DNA from: Vibrio alginolyticus NBRC 15630 = ATCC 17749
GTDB lineage: Bacteria; Pseudomonadota; Gammaproteobacteria; Enterobacterales; Vibrionaceae
Length of the DNA: 32,000 bases
Direction of reading: 5' to 3'
Assembly: GCF_000354175.2 (NCBI RefSeq)
Contig: NC_022359.1
Span: 900,001 to 932,000 of the forward strand
The translations under genes were made by a program, and so were the position numbers. The notes beneath the pieces are model-generated. The model was not told where the DNA came from. It saw only the letters and a program-made list of their open reading frames with translations, and did not search any database. Shown piece by piece: positions 27,046 to 32,000 of the stretch; position 1 is the stretch's first letter, and the number at the start of each line of letters is the position of its first letter.

Positions 27046-28089
27046 ATGCGTATCGAACAAGAACTTAAGTTAGGTTTTAAAGATGTACTGTTTCGCCCGA
27101 AACGTTCTACCCTTAAGAGCCGTTCTCAAGTAAATTTAACCCGCGATTTTACATTCAAGCATAGTGGTCGTCAATGGTCTGGTGTGCCAGTAATCGCAGC
27201 AAACATGGATTCGGTTGGTAGCTTTGCAATGGCTAAAGCCCTGGCTGAGCATGGTGTAATGACCGCTGTTCACAAACATTACACGGTAGAAGATTGGGCT
27301 GAGTTTGCTAAATCAGCAGATAAAGTAACCATGAATAACGTTATGGTGTCTACTGGGACATCTGACGCAGACTTCCAAAAAACCAAAGACATCATGGCAC
27401 TTTCAGATGAATTTATTTTCATTTGTATCGACATTGCAAATGGTTACTCAGAGCATTTGGTCGAGTATGTTGAACGCGTGCGAGCTGAGTTCCCAGACAA
27501 GGTCATTTCTGCAGGCAACGTGGTTACTGGTGATATGTGTGAAGAGCTAATCCTAGCTGGTGCAGACATCGTTAAAGTGGGTATCGGCCCAGGCTCTGTA
27601 TGTACAACTCGTGTAAAAACGGGTGTTGGTTACCCGCAGCTTTCTGCAATCATCGAGTGTGGTGATGCAGCGCACGGCCTTGGTGGCATGATCGTCGGTG
27701 ACGGTGGCTGTTCTTGTGCGGGTGACGTAGCGAAAGCATTCGGTGGTGGCGCGGACTTCGTAATGCTAGGTGGGATGCTAGCGGGTCACGAAGAGTCAGG
27801 CGGCGAAGTGATCGAGAAAGACGGCGAGAAGTTCATGAAATTCTATGGCATGTCGTCGAAGAGCGCGATGGATAAGCACTCAGGTGGTGTCGCTGGCTAC
27901 CGTGCGGCTGAAGGTAAAACCGTATTATTGCCATACCGTGGTAGCGTTCACGGCACTATTCAAGACATCCTTGGAGGCGTTCGCTCAACATGTACATACG
28001 TAGGTGCAGCAAAGCTTAAAGAGCTAACCAAGCGTACTACATTCATCCGCGTTCAAGAACAAGAGAACAACGTGTTCGGTAAAGAGTAA
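27046..28089 (+). CDS. guaC: GMP reductase
   Basis: 347 aa. The N-terminus is [29 protein letters not shown]. The IMPDH/GMPR catalytic loop is [11 protein letters not shown]. The RBS is AAGGAA. Confidence 0.97.
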   Translation: MRIEQELKLGFKDVLFRPKRSTLKSRSQVNLTRDFTFKHSGRQWSGVPVIAANMDSVGSFAMAKALAEHGVMTAVHKHYTVEDWAEFAKSADKVTMNNVMVSTGTSDADFQKTKDIMALSDEFIFICIDIANGYSEHLVEYVERVRAEFPDKVISAGNVVTGDMCEELILAGADIVKVGIGPGSVCTTRVKTGVGYPQLSAIIECGDAAHGLGGMIVGDGGCSCAGDVAKAFGGGADFVMLGGMLAGHEESGGEVIEKDGEKFMKFYGMSSKSAMDKHSGGVAGYRAAEGKTVLLPYRGSVHGTIQDILGGVRSTCTYVGAAKLKELTKRTTFIRVQEQENNVFGKE

Positions 28090-28167
28090 ATCGACTGAAT
28101 GTAACAAGTGTAAAAGCAACCATACGTTATATCTATAGCAGATAAAACTATACTATATGCAGCTATG

Positions 28168-28203
28168 AGCCAGAGTGAGATTGATTTCTTACTCTGGCTT
28201 TTT
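28168..28203 (+). terminator. Terminator of guaC
   Basis: 9-bp stem AGCCAGAGT / ACTCTGGCT with a 14-nt loop and a T-run at 28199-28203. Confidence 0.8.
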
Positions 28204-28235
28204 GCTTCTCATTTGTTTGCGCTTCAAAATTAACT

Positions 28236-29525
28236 CTAAGCGATTTTAATAGTTGGTCGAGATTCGACTTGTTCAAACGGTAATGATGTTGTAACTGGCA
28301 TGAGCTGTAAAACGCTTGAAATCTGACAGTCTCTATTTAACCCAATATAGTCTTTGACATTAGCGACTCGCCAAGTCATGTCTCCGTAAGTACGCAGATA
28401 GAACGCGGGTGATTGATGACTGTTATGTCTAATAACGCTCCATTGGGTAATATCACTAAAAAAGACTTCAGGGTTATCGGATGTCTCAAACTCATTCGCC
28501 ATGATGCCCAAAGGTATATCAACGCGATTAAGTAGCTTTTGTCCGAGTGAGAAGGCTTCGTCGAAGTTAGTTGGTTGTTCGCTTAACTGCTTAATTGCAT
28601 AGGTTTGTACAAATCGAGACGGCGGTGTTGGGTCGGCGGGTAGACCCATCAAGCCAGCGCCATTGATTGATTGAAGTGGGCCAGGCACTTGGACATGACG
28701 TTGCATGGTTGCTTCATTGTTCGGTTCTGGGTTGTAGTTGCGCAAATTGGAAAAATAAGAGAGGTGATTGACATGCCAATGGTAATTTGGGCAGTTAGTC
28801 ATTACTCCAACGTAGGAGTGGTCCACAACCACTTTATAATCATCAAAGTCGTATTCGGTACATTGATAGCGTGCTTGCTGATTTTCCTCTTTGCTGAACA
28901 TATCGCTTTCTTTGAATGCTCGATAGATATGCATATTACCGTTAAGAAACTCAATGACGGCACTGTCATTATTTGCATCGTGAATCACGAAATGCTGGTC
29001 CAAAGCCATGTTGTCACTCTCTGTTTCACCAGTTGAAATAGTCGAGTTAAACACGTAAACGGGGTGGGTGGTGAAGTAGGTCACCATCTCGTCCACAGTA
29101 TTAAACGTAGACAAGATAAAAGTACCAAACAGGCCGCTGCCTAATGCAAAGGCATCATCAGGGATGTGAGAGGTCGATACATTTTGATTGAGAATGGGCA
29201 AGTACAGTGACCCAACAGAAAGGCCAGATTCATTAATGCCATCAGCTGTTAAAAGAGGGTTATTATACCGGGTAATGGCATTGCAGTGTATGAAGCTCAA
29301 CTCTCCCTGCCAATTTGCTCGAAACTCACATTCTTTACTGTGACGTTTTGGCGGCTGACCATTGAAAACACGGTCGGCTTTTCCGTCGGAAGTAAAGGTC
29401 GTAATTTGGTAAGTTTGTTGGGCTCTAAACCAAATCTCGGTCTGAAGGTTAACTGCAAACTCCATGGTTCTAGCGGATAAGGTTTGGTTGTTGCAACCAT
29501 AATTGATATTAACATCTGTACACAT
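28236..29525 (-). CDS. Linear-amide C-N hydrolase of the choloylglycine hydrolase / penicillin V acylase (Cys-Ntn) family, substrate unknown
   Basis: The N-terminus is M-C-T, with Arg 17 residues after the Cys (SARTMEF), matching the Cys2/Arg18 layout of BSH/PVA enzymes. A GGAAAG RBS lies 7 nt before the ATG at 29525 (MCTDV...). The ORF-track start at 29531 would bury the nucleophile. No signal peptide is present. Confidence 0.75.
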   Translation of the reverse strand: MCTDVNINYGCNNQTLSARTMEFAVNLQTEIWFRAQQTYQITTFTSDGKADRVFNGQPPKRHSKECEFRANWQGELSFIHCNAITRYNNPLLTADGINESGLSVGSLYLPILNQNVSTSHIPDDAFALGSGLFGTFILSTFNTVDEMVTYFTTHPVYVFNSTISTGETESDNMALDQHFVIHDANNDSAVIEFLNGNMHIYRAFKESDMFSKEENQQARYQCTEYDFDDYKVVVDHSYVGVMTNCPNYHWHVNHLSYFSNLRNYNPEPNNEATMQRHVQVPGPLQSINGAGLMGLPADPTPPSRFVQTYAIKQLSEQPTNFDEAFSLGQKLLNRVDIPLGIMANEFETSDNPEVFFSDITQWSVIRHNSHQSPAFYLRTYGDMTWRVANVKDYIGLNRDCQISSVLQLMPVTTSLPFEQVESRPTIKIA

Positions 29526-29933
29526 AGCCATGCTTTCCGTTGTTTATCTTGAATGATGAATATCCAAGAAACCCTCTGAATCAAATGCTTAGAGATTACG
29601 TGGATATAGATGAATTGCGCTTTAGTAATGGTTTTAGCCATTGAGATAAGCGCATGCTATTAAGTTAAGCATTCAATCAAAAAACGTCAGTAGCAGTTTA
29701 GTATCAGTTGATAGAGTTAAAATAAAAAGTGATGTATTAAGTAAAACTCTTTGATCTTAGAAATTAATAATATATTTATTTTTTCAATCTTGGTTACTCT
29801 AGATTTAAAGTTTATTTTAAAAGTGATTTGTATTTATTCGATTATCTTGCAGTGGTGATATAAAGTGAGAACATAAAGTTAACAATTTCAGATTGTGATT
29901 GAAAATGGGGAGAGTCTTCAATCCAAATACCGA

Positions 29934-29973
29934 GAAATGAAACTGCCCGAGAAGTTGTGCAACTGTCTCGGGC
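29934..29973 (-). terminator. Terminator of the 108-aa ORF
   Basis: Stem GCCCGAGA / TCTCGGGC (29945-29952 / 29966-29973) with an inner AGTTG/CAACT extension. On the minus strand it is followed by AGTTTCATTTCT, and it starts 24 nt after the stop codon. Confidence 0.65.
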
Positions 29974-29996
29974 GAAGTGATGAATCAGGTGAGCAG

Positions 29997-30323
29997 CTAT
30001 AAAGTTTTCTCACAAGAACCGCTAAGTGGTGGAGATATTTTTAAATTATCATTAAAGATTTCTACAACGACGGGGCCTTTATTTTCATCTTTTGCATAGT
30101 ATGCACAGGACTTGTCCCCAGTATAGGTTTTACCTGCCTTTTTGAAACTGTAATACCAGGAGTCATGGGTAGCGGCACCGGATTCAAAACTAGCAGATTC
30201 AGATTGTTCGCCAATATTCAAGTCGAAATGAACCTCCATTTCCGGAGAGTCTTTAAATCTCACATATCCGGTGATTTTATCGTTGGAGTTATTTTTAACG
30301 TAAAATGAACCCTTAGTTGTCAT
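29997..30323 (-). CDS. Hypothetical 108-aa protein (beta-rich, no signal peptide, no family recognised)
   Basis: A strong RBS (AGAGGAAAAA) lies 7 nt upstream of the ATG. The gene has its own terminator and is co-oriented between the oxidase and the amidase. Its composition is Lys/Ser/Tyr/Asn-rich, with two Cys (C73, C104). Confidence 0.65.
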   Translation of the reverse strand: MTTKGSFYVKNNSNDKITGYVRFKDSPEMEVHFDLNIGEQSESASFESGAATHDSWYYSFKKAGKTYTGDKSCAYYAKDENKGPVVVEIFNDNLKISPPLSGSCEKTL

Positions 30324-30410
30324 AATTTTTCCTCTTTTTTAATTTCTATACGTGATAGAACGGCCAAATGACGTTCTGTTAATATATGCTTTTTAAGATG
30401 CATATTGATG

Positions 30411-31967
30411 TTAAATGATGGTCTTATTAGTTCTAAGGTGATTAAACTTATCCTTAGCGTATTTTTCTTTTATACCGATTAAGTCGCGGTAGCTTCGATC
30501 AAAATAAACGCTTGTCGGAATTGCCGGATCTTTAAAGCTGATGAAGGCACCATAGGTTCCCGGTATATCAGCTTCTCTGGCTTTATCAATCCAGTCCATG
30601 GCTCTGTTTACATCAACAAGTACTGGGTTATTTTGTAGTTCTAGTTTTTGCTTTATCTCTTCATTCCACCAGGTTTGGTATTGGACTGTATATTGACACT
30701 GGCGGTAGGGGAAAGATATGTCTTCAAGGTCGTCTGAGTGATGATAAAAACCGCCAGTGATCGCCCCTAAGGTTACGTAACTAAATAGCCCTTGATCGCG
30801 GTTTTCTGGCTTTATCAAAGGTGAAGTTAAGCTTTGCAAAAGTGCAGTATAGCCTTCTGGTTTAAGACCTCGCTCTGACACCAATCGCGAAGTGATTTTG
30901 TGAGGTGCTGGGGCGTCATAATCGGGAGGGAAAGGAGAACCGTTTTGACACAAAGAATCGCGCCCCCATGTGCTCATCAGGGAGTGATCGTATTTCTTCC
31001 CGTCAAAGTCAGTGCCATGTGCTTCATAGACTTGAACTAAATCAGGGAAGCAAGCGCCAAATTGAACGGCTATAAATTGGTGAAGATCTTGTTCTGTTCC
31101 TTCCCAGTAGCCATACATGGTGCAGTGATGGCTGATGGTTTCAATATCACAGTGGTTAGATGATTCAGGCAGAGCATCAATTTGCAAGTTGGTGCCAAGA
31201 AGTTTAGGCGTATCGAGGCTTTTTATAGCCTGCTCCCAATTTTTTAGCACATCTATGGTAGGGTGCGTTGGTATTGGCTGAAGCATACCGTTGATTTTTG
31301 GATAGAGGTTCCACTGAAGCTCGAAGCGGTGGATCTCTTTGGGTAAAGGGAATGTTTTTACGCGTAGCTCGGTAACAATGCCATAGCTCATGCCTCCGCC
31401 GCCTCTTAGTGCCCAAAATAGGTGAGGGTTGGACTCTGCTGAGACTTCTGTGATCGTACCATCACCCAATACCACGGTTGCACTCACTAGGTGCTCACAA
31501 CACATGCCGTATTTTCGCGTCCAAGGGCCCCATCCTCCGCCTTGAATATAGCCAGTCAACCCAACTGTGGCACAGGTTCCATGTGCAATCATTCGATCAT
31601 GCTCTGCAAGTTTTGGTGTCAGTTGATAGAAGCGATAGCCAGCACCAATGGTGGCAATATTGTCACACAATTGGAAGGTCTTAATTCTGCTCACGTCAAT
31701 CAAAATGACGTTGTCACCACTGCATTCACCTGCGTGATCATGCCCTCCTGAGCGAACACGAATCGGGAGATTGAATTGAGTTGCTGTTAGATAGGCTTGC
31801 TGAACTTCTTGCGTACTTTCGCACATGACAATGACAAAGGGTTGGTGTTGATAGCGAGTATTGAAGATGAGTGACTCGACTTGATATTGGTTCAAACCGG
31901 GAACCGGTGAAACCGTGTTTTCAAGAGGTGTCAGTAATCGTTCTTTAGGAAAACCGCACTTATCCAT
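30411..31967 (-). CDS. FAD-linked oxidase of the VAO/BBE-like family (FAD_binding_4 plus C-terminal BBE-type domain)
   Basis: Family motifs include RVRSGGHDHAGECSG, HGTCATVGLTGYIQGGGWGPW and FWALRGGGGMSYGIVTELRVKTFPLP. The C-terminal BBE-like tail is YGAFISFKDP...YRDLIGIKEKYAKDKFNHLRTNKTI. No clear RBS is present, and the reading frame stays open from 31967 to the window edge, so the start is not fully secure. Confidence 0.85.
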   Translation of the reverse strand: MDKCGFPKERLLTPLENTVSPVPGLNQYQVESLIFNTRYQHQPFVIVMCESTQEVQQAYLTATQFNLPIRVRSGGHDHAGECSGDNVILIDVSRIKTFQLCDNIATIGAGYRFYQLTPKLAEHDRMIAHGTCATVGLTGYIQGGGWGPWTRKYGMCCEHLVSATVVLGDGTITEVSAESNPHLFWALRGGGGMSYGIVTELRVKTFPLPKEIHRFELQWNLYPKINGMLQPIPTHPTIDVLKNWEQAIKSLDTPKLLGTNLQIDALPESSNHCDIETISHHCTMYGYWEGTEQDLHQFIAVQFGACFPDLVQVYEAHGTDFDGKKYDHSLMSTWGRDSLCQNGSPFPPDYDAPAPHKITSRLVSERGLKPEGYTALLQSLTSPLIKPENRDQGLFSYVTLGAITGGFYHHSDDLEDISFPYRQCQYTVQYQTWWNEEIKQKLELQNNPVLVDVNRAMDWIDKAREADIPGTYGAFISFKDPAIPTSVYFDRSYRDLIGIKEKYAKDKFNHLRTNKTII

Positions 31968-32000
31968 TTTCTGAATAAACAGTTTGGCATTATTGCCTGA

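Noticed and set aside
29297-29641. 114-aa minus-strand ORF overlapping the 5' end of the Ntn amidase gene
   Set aside because: It is out of frame with a gene that has clear family motifs, and it starts in the very AT-rich spacer without an RBS.
28205-32000. Possibility that the AT-rich islet is the edge of a Vibrio superintegron cassette array or a mobile element
   Set aside because: There are no attC/VCR-like imperfect inverted repeats between the genes; the 87-bp and 465-bp spacers lack the R''/L''...L'/R' architecture. The window has no integrase, transposase or tRNA, and no flanking direct repeats are visible.
1-32000. Whole-window scan for CRISPR arrays, tRNA/rRNA genes, IS elements, toxin-antitoxin pairs and canonical defence genes
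   Set aside because: No regularly spaced direct repeats, cloverleaf-compatible sequences, transposase- or integrase-like ORFs, or nuclease/ATPase/RT-type ORFs were seen. This was a reading by eye, not a computational search.

Overview
The window reads as core chromosome of a marine gammaproteobacterium, most likely a Vibrio. That call is inferred from protein sequences and gene neighbourhoods; no database search was possible. About 26 protein-coding genes are supported. Most are housekeeping: arfB (5' fragment), a YqaB-like HAD phosphatase, an OmpA-family protein, aroG, an MFS transporter, an Aer-like PAS chemoreceptor, talB-tkt with a divergent SorC-family regulator, sseA, moeA-moeB, folE, a TehA/SLAC1-family channel, clcA, an XRE regulator, ydhF, nnr and guaC. 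Many intergenic gaps carry clear rho-independent terminators. I found no tRNA or rRNA genes, CRISPR arrays, IS or transposase or integrase genes, attC sites, or recognisable defence genes. Four stretches are not ordinary housekeeping. (1) 12308-14920 is a two-gene envelope operon: a large secreted propeller-like/GEVED/LruC-domain protein plus a lipoprotein. (2) 23541-24982 is a translationally coupled pair, a receiver-CheC-like fusion protein plus a stand-alone PAS protein. (3) 20880-21117 holds an orphan terminator, a complementary 7-mer pair and a 15-bp tandem repeat, upstream of an uncharacterised secreted protein. (4) 28205-32000 is an AT-richer islet after guaC. It encodes a cytoplasmic Cys-Ntn (choloylglycine-type) amidase, an orphan 108-aa protein and a BBE/VAO flavin oxidase carrying both flavinylation motifs, and it may continue past the window edge. 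None of these can be called a new system from sequence alone. The islet and the LruC operon are the best candidates for follow-up. Several ORF-track starts look too long and are re-called here: ompA-like, MFS, LruC, clcA and the Ntn amidase.
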